DNA of 64,000 nt from Callorhinchus milii. Taxonomy: Eukaryota. The stretch spans positions 4,652,001-4,716,000 of the forward strand of contig NW_024704742.1 in NCBI RefSeq assembly GCF_018977255.1. The letters are read 5' to 3'. Made by a program: the position numbers and the translations under genes. Of the stretch, positions 1 to 11,865 are shown piece after piece. Under the pieces are notes generated by a model. The model was not told the DNA's origin and ran no database searches. It saw nothing but the letters and a program-made list of their open reading frames with translations. The stretch's first letter is position 1; the number at the start of each line of letters is the position of its first letter.

Positions 1-1344
1 GATCCTTGGATTGTCTTGAATGCAATACACATCAATATGACAGCAATAGCTGGCAAACATATCAGGCAGGGAGAGGGGCAAGCCAGCAAATTAAGAGATG
101 TTAAAGGAATGATTAGGATTACAAAAATAATAATCCTTGCATTTGATATAATAATAATAAGAGTTGCAATTGGCTGGGCATGGCTACCTGTGTTGAAACA
201 CCGGATGGTATTTTGTATTTGGGGCATTGTGTAATTGGTTTAAAAAAAATCAAAACACAAAATTAAATTGTGTCTGTCTGGGATTCTGTATAATTGGCGA
301 ATGAAAGAACATAAAAAATGAAGAGAAGTAGGTAGTAACAGAAGCTAAGTATGGGTAAAGGCACATGAACAGCAAAATCAAATTATGATAAGGAAACAGC
401 AAAGAATTTTATAAATTAGTTTTCAATACCGTGAAGTACAAATTGGTGCTAGTTTGTGAACTGAGTTAACTACTCTAATCTCAATGCACTTCCCTTCATG
501 TTCTTCCTCTTCAAATGTTTATGCAGTTCCTTAAAATGTTGTCATGATCTCATCCTCAAAAAAACACTGTGACAAAGTGTTCATATTTTTAATAATGTTC
601 TGACAGAACAGGAAGATGCCTCAGAAGGAAGGAATACAAAGTAAACTACAGAAGTACAATCTTATGTTTGAACATTTGCAAGCATGAGAGAAAATAGTAA
701 GTTTTGCTCTTTGTGTATGTGTCTATTTGCTAATAGCAAGGAAGGGTGATTTACTGGAAGTGTTTGATCAGGAGTTGGGAGCACTTCATTTTCCCCCAAA
801 AAGGATATAACTTGCTTTTGTATGTTTGTGCCCGTAGGCAGACTTTTCCTGCCAAAAATACTGGGGCCTGGGTTACAGCCTTTAAAGTGACTGTTAGGAC
901 GAGTCTCCTCCCTCTTTGACTGAATGAAGTTGCACGATCAGTCCGCAGGGAATGGCAAAATCTATATGCGCTGCATTTAAACCCAAGCTAAACTCATTTA
1001 AACTCAACTGCGTATGCTTGATCATGACATCTGGGCATTTTCCAAGGATCCTTCTTGTGTTGGGACGCTGCAGTAAAGGTTTCGGCCAATAGATGTCCTC
1101 ACTGAACGAGATACACACCAGAGCTCCCACTAGAGGCAGTTAATGTATACTACGTGTTTCTGTTAGTTTCTATGGACAACATGGATATTTCCAGGTCCCA
1201 CATCTTTGGATATTTCCACTTCCAGTGGGAGCTTCATTCTACACAGTATTGAGACTGAATTGACTTCTGATTCTCTTTAGCCTTATACGGTGGCAGTTGT
1301 ATAAACTGAATTTGTCAGCGAAATCAATGATAAGCTATTAGGTT

Positions 1345-1582
1345 TTTGCTGGGTAGACTCCAGCAGTACTCCAACGCACACTCTGTGCTCCCCACGCCTT
1401 GGCTCTTGCTAACCTGCGCCCAATACTTTCTGGAATTACGTACGCCGGATGCGTCCCTCCAGGGAGAGCTGAGCACTCCATTCCAACAATCTGTCTCTTG
1501 GATTTCCATGTATAGTTTGGATACTCTTAAGCGTGGTGATGTGTTTCCACATGTGTCAGACACCCAGCTGACCCCCCAAAAA
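1345..1582 (+). repeat. 3' part of the unclassified repeat family
   Basis: Aligns to 30160-30417. Confidence 0.85.
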
Positions 1583-3640
1583 TGTATTAACTGAACTGCA
1601 ACATATTTAATAAGCATTTACCATGGAGCAAACTGTCCATAAGCCTAATGGAGACTATTGCTGCCAGGACTTAAGAGGAAATCTCTTTCATGAGTGGTGC
1701 CAGGATCATAAGGGAATCTTTTGCCACCACTGCAACAGAGACCAAAAAGGAATTCAGTACCATCACTGCCAATAGGCACTGAGAGAAATGTTTCCCACTC
1801 ACTGGGGACCTACAATCTAATTGTAGGTAGAATAATCTACTGCTCAAATAGATTTTAAAATGATTTATGCTGTGGAGCTAGCTACGGTGATGACTTTCAG
1901 TTTGGATTATAAGAGTGAAGCCAGAATTGCTGTTTCAAGGTCAAAGTTGAAGCTAAAGACAATTTATGAAAAGAATACATTTTAGTACTTTAGGCCATAT
2001 ATGTAACTTTTTTTATGTACAAGTATTATTTTAATTTCTAATTATTAGTGGTATCTTGGATCTTTTGGTTCCACAACTTCAAAGTCCGAGCATCAGGAAA
2101 TGTTTGTTACAAATATAATAATCAGATGAGAGATCAGAGACTTAAGATTTTATAAGGTAACAATAACAACTTGCACTTAAAGAGCACATTTCATGAAGGA
2201 TAATTTCTTGCAGCACTTTGACTGACTGGGAGCCTGAGTAATTTTCTTTTTTGGGGGGGATGGGGGGGAGGTATCTAAAGATACAAAGAATGAGTTTTCA
2301 GAAGGGGTTTGAAAGCAGTATATCTTGCCTTTTCAGATTATTTCTCAGTTATCTTTTTTAAAAAAAATAGTAAATTATTATTTAAGAATGTGCAACTGCT
2401 GCATTCGCACAGTAGCGCAATAGATGATTGATCACTGATGGTGAAAAATCTCAATGAAGACCAGACTGCAGGCAATCCACAAATTCACATGCAAATTATT
2501 AAAACAAAACTTTGAGGAATAAACTTATTTTTATAATGCTTATAATGTAGAAACATCTTGAACTTTGCTTCAAAGCAAAGATTATTGTCACATGTAATGA
2601 CTTCTTTTAGACAAATGTGCAGCCATTTTGCATACAGCCAAGTCCCATGGACAGGCATGAGATGAATGACCAATTAAACTGGAGGATCATTGTTCAGGCA
2701 TCAGCTTTCTCTTTTCAATTAATGTGTGGGATACTTAACAATGGCTTATCTATAGGATAGCACCTCCAACAATGCAATAATCTAGAGAACTGACGAGAGG
2801 GCTGACGACTAACTTATATAAGTATAGTAACATGTTGAAACATCTTGGGGCTTTTCGCACAATAATTTGCAGCCAATGAGATAAACAACTAATATTTGTT
2901 GGGGAATTTGAGTGCTATAGTTAAATGTTGGAACAATTTCTATGTTGTGTTTCCAACCCCTGATGTGTTCTGTTGATAAATTGTAAACATTAACCTCTGT
3001 GAAGACGAAACTGGGAATTGTCACCTCGAAAAAGTAAATGCAGAAATGCATAACAAGATGTCAGGGTAGCAAAACAAGAGGGTTCAGGGTTGTGAAGGAC
3101 AACTGAATTGGTGGTTTACTACTTGTATTTGATATAGCACCTTATAATGTTAGTGAGAAGTCTCAAAGCACTTCACAGGATATACTATAAAGTGGTGTGA
3201 CTGCATATTTTGTGATGAACCTGCATTCAGGGGAGTTTATATGAGCACAGGTCTTTTTTTGTAAAATTGCAAAGGTGGAGCAAAACTACCACAAAATACA
3301 ATCCATGCGTATGGTTTATTATTCAACTCAATAATTCAGGGTTCATGGGGTTTATTTGGTGGGGGAGCTGGAAGTGTGTGAGTCAGGATTGCTTCTCAGT
3401 GATGCCATTTAGTGGCACATTTCGAGATTGGGTGATCAAACCTGTGTCGTTACACAATTTATCTGCAATGATGCATTCTTTTCAGTGCCTTGAGGTGTCC
3501 TCACATCGATCCACTTTATACTGAAGCACTTTGGGAGATCTGATGCGGTGCTACATTGACGTGATAAGGTCCTGTGTAACTTATTGGCCGGAGCGCGCTC
3601 GCTCTGGCCTCTGCCCCGACCTCACACCCAATGCTCCCGA

Positions 3641-3854
3641 GTCCTGCAGCTCAGCGGTGAGAGCACTCGCCTCGCAAGCGAGAGGACCTGGGTTCGGTTC
3701 ACCGTCCGGGCGAAACGCTGGGCAAGTTTCCTTACTCCCCGCGCCTCTGTTTACCCAACAGCAAGTAAAGGACCCGGTCGTTAGTCGATTGGCGGATCGC
3801 TTTTCCGGCGGTGGGGGAACAAATAACGCCTTTTTAAAACAATAATAATTTGGC
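3641..3854 (+). mobile_element. tRNA-derived SINE, long subfamily, 3'-truncated, CpG-rich
   Basis: Head gtcctgcagctcagcggtgagagcactcgc...ggttcg; body homologous to 5715 and 8315 copies. Confidence 0.85.
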
Positions 3855-4100
3855 GGCTCGGCCCCGCCCCGGCCCGGCCCGCGGGACGCCGCGGGGGCGC
3901 AACCGTCCGCCGCCGCCGCCCTTTGCCCCGGCAAAACCCGCGGCCCCCTTTCGCTCTCCGGTCGGCGCCCGTCGCGCGGAGGGCTTCGAGGCGGCTCGGC
4001 CGGCGTGAGGCGAGGGCGCCGGATGGGATGCAGGGAATTATTACTAATATTATTATCACTACTATTATAACTATTATCATCTGGGAACATTGCAAAGCAG

Positions 4101-4138
<38 letters not shown>

Positions 4139-4280
4139 TGTCCCCCCTCGTCCCTCTGTGGGCGAGTCCATCGCGCTCGCGGGGGTGGAGTGGGGGGGGG
4201 GGGAGAGAGAGAGAGAGTGAGTGTGAGAGAGAGAGAGAGAGAGGAAGAGAGGAACCGAGCGAGAGAGAGAGAGAGAGAGG
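4101..4280. repeat. (TC)n(TG)n, poly-G and (GA)n microsatellite block
   Basis: Visible simple repeats. Confidence 0.95.
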
Positions 4281-4385
4281 GAGAGCGAGCGGTGGCGGTG
4301 GTGGCGGACGCCCGGGGCTCGAGCAGGAAGGATGTGGAGGGAGAGAAGCGGCCGCCGCGACCCGAGTCATTTATATTAACAATAG
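4280..4385 (+). other. RNF38: Candidate 3' part of RNF38 first exon, ending at donor AATAG|gtacga (5' boundary unknown)
   Basis: Reasonable donor inside the CpG island, followed by G-rich intron-like sequence; no transcript evidence. Confidence 0.5.
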
Positions 4386-5337
4386 GTACGAAAACAACAG
4401 CGGGAGAGAGAGAGAGGGAGGGAGAGAAAGAAGGAAAGAAGGGAGTGAGAGGGAGGGAGGGAGGGGGAGCGTTCGCTTGTGATGGTGCGGGGGGTTTGCT
4501 TTGTGGCCGCGGTTTGCGGGATCGGGCGGTGCGGTGCGGGGCGGCGGGAGTCGGGGCTGAAGCGTTTTGGGTGTTGAACCCCCATGATGTCGGGTGGGGA
4601 GGGAGGGAGGGAGGGGGTGTGTGTGTGTGTGCGGTGGGGGTTGGGGGTGGGGGGGGGGAAATGGAGGCAACTTCCCTGCCCTCCTTCCTCCCCGTTTGTA
4701 GGCAATTTCCTGTCGCCTCCTTCCCCCCCTCCTCCCGCCCGCCCTCGAGAGTCTTTAAATATTAAAAAAAAATACCACACGGAGTACATGACACGACAAC
4801 AACCAAAAAAAAATTGATAATAAATTAAGTTGCGTGAAGAGAGCCTCGGCGGTGGGGGGGGGGGGGGGGGGAGTATTGAGAGTCGGGGGACTCTCTGCTG
4901 TGGACTCTGCCCGTGTTTTTGTGTGTGTGTGTGTGTGTAGAGAGAGATAATAATATATAATATATAATATATATATATATATAAACAGACTGTGTCGCTC
5001 GCTGTGCTGTCATCCCCGGGTAGTGGTGGTGGTGGCGGCGGTCCTGTCGGGAGGTGGAGCGGCCGCACCGTCTGTTGAGAGGGAGGTTTTTTTTTAAAAA
5101 AAACCAGTAACGGTCGCGGTGTGGAACGTGGCTACTGGTGGCGCGAGGGGAGAGCGGCGGTTGGGCGGGAGGGGGGGGGTTGGGGCGCGCGCGAGGGGGG
5201 AGGGCCCTCCCCCCCCACCACCGGCCGTCCAGACTGAGAGACAAAAGACCGCGCTGAGGGGCGGCGCCGCGGCAGGAAGCCCCGCCCACCGGCCGGCGCC
5301 GATTGGCGAGCGCCCCGCGGTGTCCCCCGGATGTCCG

Positions 5338-5394
5338 TGACGTGACGCGGCGGCGGGTGGGAGTGACGTGACGTGACGGTCCGGGTGACGTCAC
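5338..5394. promoter_or_regulatory. CRE/ATF site cluster: six TGACG half-sites including the palindromic TGACGTCA at 5386-5393
   Basis: gtgacgtgacg...gtgacgtgacgtgacg...gtgacgtcac read directly. Confidence 0.7.
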
Positions 5395-5714
5395 GATTCC
5401 AGCCCCGCCTCCTCCTCCCCGCAGCCCCTCCCCCTCACACACACACACACTGTGTTCTTTCCGGTGAAGGTTGACAGAGGTTTATGCTGATGATCATCAT
5501 CATCATTAATAATAATAATAATAATAATAAAGAACTGTGGACCTCCGAAGTGTTTTTGTGCATGTTCCAGAGTTAGGTTTTGCATCGGTTTTAAATGCAT
5601 TTCTTTTCTCTTTCGCATCTGGGGTCCCTCATCAAGACCTTCCTTCCTTCCTTCCTTCCTTCACCTCTGCCCAATAGCTCACCTCTTTGCCCGATCTCAC
5701 GCGCAACGTGTTAA

Positions 5715-6095
5715 GTCCTGTGGCTCTCGGCGGTCAGAGCACTCGCCTGGCGAGCGAGAAACCCGAGCTTGATCCCCGCCAGCCAGGACGAAACGCTGAG
5801 CGAGTTTCCTCACTCACTCCGCGAGCACCCCGTTTACCTTGCGGGAAGTAGGAACCCGGTTGTTAGTCGATGGTCAAATTGCTTTTCCGGGGGGCAATCA
5901 TTCCTTAAAAAAAAAAGAATAGATTGGCCACTCGGTACGCGACTGTTTGTGGGGACGCTGCTGTGCGCAGTTGGCTGCTGTGTTTCGCCCACAAAATATA
6001 CCGTCAATTCACTCTGCAGTATATTCTGTGAAGCACTTTGAGTTGTCTCAAAGACGCGATAAGGCGCTATGTCAAATGCAAGGATTATTATTATT
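5715..6095 (+). mobile_element. Full-length tRNA-derived Deu-domain SINE, long subfamily, L2-type tail plus (ATT)n
   Basis: tRNA-like head, tgtttgtgggg..gctgtgcgcagttggctgc core, gtgaagcactttgag...aaatgcaaggattattatt tail. Confidence 0.88.
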
Positions 6096-7517
6096 GCGCT
6101 CCCTCTCTACGCCACCATCGATGATTGAACCTTCAGTTTGAACCTCTGGACCTCCCTCCCTCTGTCACTCTTGTCTCTTTTTGTCTCTTAAGTCCCGTCT
6201 CAAATCCTACACACACAGGTGCTACAAAAAAGGCACTAAGTGCAAGTATCGTTACTATTTATTCTCCATATAACTAATTCCCTCGCATTCTAACTTTGTT
6301 CCATCTCTGGATGCGTTGGTCTGTTCCACACATTCACATAAATCTCAACTGCTTGAGTTTAAATCAACATTCCTTGCTATCCAAAATCTGACCCTGGTGA
6401 TGTGTGTCGATTCTTCAAACAGTACACTTAGTATGATATGAGGTTATATTGTACTAACTAATACATTTAGGCCTATGATAGGTATTCCCCATTATAAAAT
6501 CACATTTCCCTTGGCCTCGCCAAAAATAGACCGCAAAAATAAGATTGTCTGCTAAAGTTTGGATTTTTAAAGGAGGGAAATGAGCAAGTGGTCTAATACA
6601 AAAAAATACTTCACCAAACATTTATTTTCAGTACTGTAGAATAAAGAGCTGAGTACCTCAGTACCTGAGTACAGCATATCCTCAGGCTGGATATTCTTGT
6701 TTGGGATATTTTTGACGTGTTTGAGATTGCAGCTGAAGATGTCTTTTGGTAAATTTTAGGATTCACATGAGGGCATCGTGCATGGGCTGATTCACAGGAT
6801 GTCGTGCTAATGAAAAACTTCCCCTTTCGTTAATTTAGATGTAATATGAGTGGAGAATCGTGGGGGAAAAACTGAAGTACAGCAGGCAGCAAACAAGCGT
6901 GTTTTTTTAAAAATAAGGTGTTATTAGGGTACTGTCTTTATTGAACGGTGCCTGGTGAATTTCTTTTCCTGTATTTGTTAAACCGTGCAAACCATGTCAA
7001 AATGTGATTTTGCTTGAAACGCTGTAATGCTTCACTTTCATGTGATACAATTGCAGCAAAAAGTCGTGTAGTTTCATCACTTATGTTTCTCTCCAGCCTT
7101 AAAGAGCAGGTTTCTGTAATCATTGCTGCTTTGCCTCTGGGCTGAACTGTTGTGCCTACTTTTCAGATGTAAACTGATGGGATCACACAGACATAAAATA
7201 ATAGAAGGAAGTTGGAGAAATTATGATTCTAATTGTTCGACATAGTGCAGCTGAGTTTTGCCCAGGAGGATGTCACCTGAATGTTGCTCTGTTGGGTTAA
7301 CTAATTGATTGTGCCTTGTGAACATTATTATTCATAATCTTACATTTGATACAGTTCCTTTCACATCAAGAGGATGTCTCCGAGTGCTTCGTAGGGTTTA
7401 CTGTAACGTGTAGTTGCTCTGTATTTTGCAGGCCAACAAAATTCTTTCGTCAGTTTATCTGTGCCAGGAAACTTGGAGTAGTAACTTCTTTTTTTTTTAA
7501 AAAAAAGGGTTGGGGAT

Positions 7518-7763
7518 CCTTTGTTTACCTCGCAATAAGTAGAAACCAGGTTATTAGTCGATTGGCGTTATGATCCCTTTAAAATAATAATAATTTGATC
7601 AATCAATTCAGGATTGTTTGTGGGACACTGCTTTGCACAATTGGCTGCTGCGTTTTGCCCACAAAATATAGTCAATTCACTTTACAGTATATTCTGTGAG
7701 GCGCTTTGAGACGTCTCAAAGGAATGCTAAGGTGCTATATCAAATGCAAGATATTATTATTAT
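7518..7763 (+). mobile_element. 5'-truncated copy of the same SINE, long subfamily
   Basis: Aligns to 5830-6095. Confidence 0.85.
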
Positions 7764-7782
7764 AAATCCAGAGTACATCAAT

Positions 7783-7876
7783 CAGCATCTGAAAGAGGAA
7801 AAGTAGGCTTTACGTTTCGGGTGAGACCCTTCATCAGAACCCAAAACGTTAACCTATTTTTCTATTTCAGATGCTG
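7783..7876. mobile_element. Penelope-like palindromic repeat carrying a minimal hammerhead core on the minus strand (7806-7842)
   Basis: Inverted arms cagcatctgaaa / tttcagatgctg; minus strand GGGUU-CUGAUGA-A-GGGU-CUC-ACCC-GAAAC-GUA-AAGCC. Confidence 0.7.
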
Positions 7877-8314
7877 GTAGAAATGCTGGGAATACATAAC
7901 AGGTAAGGTTTTATTTTACCCTTACAGCATTCAGTTTTTCCTTTCAATTCTAGTAACCTCTAACTCCAGTATTTAGAGCTCGGTATAACTGCATAGAAAA
8001 ATCAGTATTCTTTGAAATCAATAATAATAATAATAATGCGGCAACAGGTTTGCAATGTATTTGAGTTTGTTTACATTTGTAGAAATGTTTTCATTGATGT
8101 ACAATAATTAACTTAATAGATTTCAGAAAGGGCGATCATTTTAGTTCTTAACAGGTGCTACGTGTTCTGGCCAGGAATCTTACAAACGTTCATGTTGAGA
8201 TTTTACATATGCTGAGTCTTGTATGTGATTGATTTCTTGTAGTGAAAATACTGTAAATCAGTCATTTGTTTAACTAGTGCACAAGTTATCAGTGCAAGTA
8301 AATATTATTTACTT

Positions 8315-8652
8315 GTCCTGTAGCTCAGTGGTTAGAGGATTATTAGAGCACTCGCTTTGCAAGCGAGAGACCTGGGTTCGATTCCCGGCAGGTCAGGGCG
8401 AAACCTTGGGCAAGTTTCCTTACTCCACACAGAGCCTAATAATAATCCCGCCAAAACAAAACAATAATAAATTGGTCATTTCAATCCACGACTGTTTGTG
8501 GGACACTGCTGTGCGCAATTGGCTGCCGCGTTTCGCCCGCAAATATACAGTCAATCTACTTCACAGTCTACTCTGTGAAGCGCTTTGAGACGTCGAGAAG
8601 ATTTGAAAAGCGTTATATCAAATGCAAAGATTATTATTATTATTATTATTAT
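8315..8652 (+). mobile_element. Full-length tRNA(Ala-like)-derived SINE, short subfamily
   Basis: A box tagctcagtgg, B box ggttcgattcc, anticodon-like arm ctcgc-ttTGCaa-gcgag, Deu-like core, (ATT)n tail; tattatttac on both sides may be a target-site duplication. Confidence 0.9.
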
Positions 8653-11559
8653 TTACCAGTGTATAAAATTTAGATATTGTGTTTTAAATTCTTAGGAGCA
8701 TTTTTGTTCTGTTTTTAGGTGATCAATGGGTCAAGGCTGGGTAGTTAGAGTTGAGGTACAGATCCGCCATGATCTTATAGAATGACAGAACAGGCTCAAG
8801 GGGCTGAATGGCCTACTCCTGTTTCTATATGTTTTATGTTTCTAACAATGAGGGACATATAGGAAAATAGACTCTGGAAAAAAAGTATAACCATTTTACA
8901 CAGAGGTTGAGTGGTTTAGAATGAATATATAATGCACATGTATTTTTATATATGTATATATCTCAAATTGGAGCAAAAGCCCAGACCCGATTCATTTATA
9001 TTCTTACCCGTTTTAAATATGCCGGTTAATTCGTACAATCCTCTGGTTAATTCGGACAAAATGCTGTGATGGACGCGCTGAATGTACTCATTTATATTTG
9101 ATCAATCAAATTCCAAACCAAGGTGACTTTTTTCCTTTTAAGTTGCATAATGTGATAGTAATAATAATCCTTACATTTGGTATAGCACCGTTCACATCAG
9201 GAGGACGTCCCAAAGTGTTTTTATTTTGGTCAGCCGGGTTCTGACACATGCGGAAACCCAACATCACACGTAAGAATGTCCAAACCAAACTGAGAGCTCC
9301 ACGCGTCCCACCTACACATGGAAATGATCCATTCTGTAAACCAAGTGATCTTACTCCGAAGTCTCAGACTCGATCTGCTTCTCATCATCTCTGCAGCTCA
9401 GAAAGCGTTGGTGTAGATGGCGAGCTAGGATTGTCCTGGAGACCTGTGAGTGAGTAAACATTGACTGCTCAGAGCTCATCTGTCGTTATTTTATTTTGTC
9501 AGCCCGGTGTCTTGACACGAGTAAACCCATCACCACGCTTCCCCCTTCAGCTCTCGCAACCGGCTTGAGTGCTGAGGTTTGTCGTGGTCAGCCGGGCGTC
9601 TGACACGTGTAGAAATCCATCACTATGCTTAACGGTTTCGGGCTGACCGTAAAGACCCCAGCCAGGACTGTAAAGTTCTTTGAAATGTTCCCCCGCTGTT
9701 AAAGGTGCTGTATTAATGTAACTTGTACTGTTCCGGTTAATGGCATATGGTTTAAAATTTAAACCTGGTTGAGCTTTGCCATATTTTTGGCTCCACAAAC
9801 GATTGATCAAATTGATCTTCAGATCCCGAGGCTGAATCTTTTGTCGGCTTCTGGAGGTTTATTTTGAGGAGTTGATAGTTTTTTGGAGGTGAAACACTAT
9901 CCTTTTCTGAAGTACGCTAGGAATTATTTTACAGCAAGTATCATAAATATCTAATATAAATAATATATAATATACATAAAAAGCATTGTATTCAGAAAGG
10001 TTTTATGTAATATTTGAGTATTTGGTTGCCTCAGATTTTATGTTTCCACTTTTATCAAATCAAAACAAAACTATGTTCACACCTAGAATTTGATTTTTTT
10101 TTCTCTCTCTCTTGGTCGCAACAACGAGGTTGAAAGGGTATTTATCTAAATACATGTTTACATTTACCATATTAAAATTGTCATGTGTAGCTGCACAGCA
10201 TTCAATAGTCTAAGATCAGAAAAGCGTTCTGTTCTGAGTTACCACGCGTATCGAGTCAGGGAAAACAGAATACTATTGCCTTAACTAGAGAGATTAAGTA
10301 TAGGGGTGGGTTTCGTCGTCAACTTTGCCACTTCACTGTTGAGCACCTTTTTGAGCCAAACACACGGATGTATTTTCGCTAAGTAAAAAAAAATCGCTGA
10401 GAAAAATTGTTGACATTGATAAAGTAGTTTGGGACTACACCCACTGGAGTGATTGAAAGAAACATATCAAACTGTAGATGTCATGGTCCTCACCATTTGG
10501 AACCATGTGTCCACAAGGATGGAGACAGTGCAGCCGACTCGCTTCATTAACTGACAATCCTCCTTTGTATTAAGGTTGGATGGACTTTGGTTATAATGGT
10601 TACAGAGGTGAAAATCCCAGATCAAACAGCCTCGTGCTCCCAAAGACCAAATATAAAATATATAATGAATCATATCAGAGCTTCTCAGGCAAGTTTACAT
10701 TTTCAGCCCAGCGTAGTCAACCCAAGGCTGGAAGTGAAATGCAGAGGTATCAGTCATAAAGGGATTAATTATGAATATCGAACCCAAATAGATACCCTGT
10801 GTATCTGATGGTTCTGGATCAATGGTCAGTGTTTTTTTTTGGAACAGTAATGAAAAGCAGCAGTCAGTACCTGTTTGACTGGCATCGTTCCCTTCGATTG
10901 GTTTTTGTTTAACGTAAATTTGGAACATATTTCTAAACATGAAGGTTTCTTTGTGATCTTTGTAATCTTTTGAGTCAGCCAGTACCGTAACCTCATCCAG
11001 CTGCGCTCGAGCTTCAGAGACTCGAGTGTGCATTTTTAACTTCAATCGTAACCAATGTTACACAATATTTGGGTCCTGTTTACTGGTTAGGGGACATTGC
11101 CCACAGTTCAGGAAAGCATTTTTATAGAATTTGTTGGACTAACCTTGCCAGATTAATCTTGGCCCTCGATCTGAGAATGGTACAGAGCCTTTCACTGCAA
11201 CTACCAGTTAGTTCCTTTTCCTTTAGGTGAACGCAGTAATCCTTGACATTTACCACTTGTCTGAAAGGTCTTAAGAGGTATTAATATGCAAATTAAAATC
11301 CGCTCTATTTCACTGGGTTGAAAAATAAAACCACCACCTTAAGCAAGTGATTGGTCCTCCAGTAGGGTTACCTATGTTTCTTGCTGCCTTCTAGGTCTGT
11401 GTGTGTAATATCAAATTTGGTGCGAATCATTGCTTCCACTTTGCCAAAGTGCATAAGGCATTGCCGTACTGTATCTGTGATAGAACATTTCAGGGATTAG
11501 ATACGCAGTAAGTTATTCTGCGGTTTCATCTTTAGAACCCGTAGTTGAATTCCAAGCAA

Positions 11560-11865
11560 TGGAATGAAGGCTTTTTCAGTCCCGTGGGCGATGGATTAGG
11601 GCAATCTCAACCCATTTCTTGTTTGCAGGTTTCAGAGCGCAACATTGCCCTTAGTTCAGCACAAATTAGCACAAAGAGCCCACAGGGTGGCTGGTGTGGG
11701 GAGCAGAGAAATCCACACTGGCACAGCAGCAATCTCTTTTCTGAGGTTGTGCTTACGGCACATTATTTGTGGGAAAGTGGAGTAACTGGTCCATGTATGT
11801 TCTGTCCTGGGAGTGCTTGATGCTGACATTGAATGCCTGAAGGGGGAAACTATTCCATTTGCTAG
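11560..11865 (+). mobile_element. LF-SINE-related SINE
   Basis: cagcacaaattagcac, ggcacatt..tgtgggaaag, ctgggagtgcttgatgctgac; homologous to 20470-20692. Confidence 0.5.

Larger units (their letters stand above)
3580..5450. promoter_or_regulatory. CpG island, probable RNF38 promoter / first-exon region
   Basis: Very high GC and CpG density against an AT-rich background; GC boxes, reverse CCAAT (attgg ~5302), CRE cluster; the only island upstream of the coding exons. Confidence 0.85.

Noticed and set aside
1127..1140. CTCF-like CCACTAGAGGCAG
   Set aside because: One base short of the core consensus spacing; single weak match.
1640..1810. Spaced short repeats suggesting a CRISPR-like array
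   Set aside because: Degenerate eukaryotic minisatellite-like sequence; no identical repeats with unique spacers and no cas genes.
3581..5448. Long ORFs (up to 280 aa) on both strands in the CpG island
   Set aside because: Built from microsatellite and GC-rich low-complexity sequence with no domain similarity; only the 3' end of 3923.. is kept as a hypothesis.
8315..8395. Apparent tRNA-Ala(TGC) gene
   Set aside because: Has a 10-nt insertion, no proper acceptor stem or terminator, and continues into SINE body and tail; it is a SINE head.
11002..11037. shRNA/terminator-like hairpin (CTCGAG-cttcagaga-CTCGAG, then T run)
   Set aside because: Only ~10 bp with G-U pairs; no Pol III promoter or vector context.
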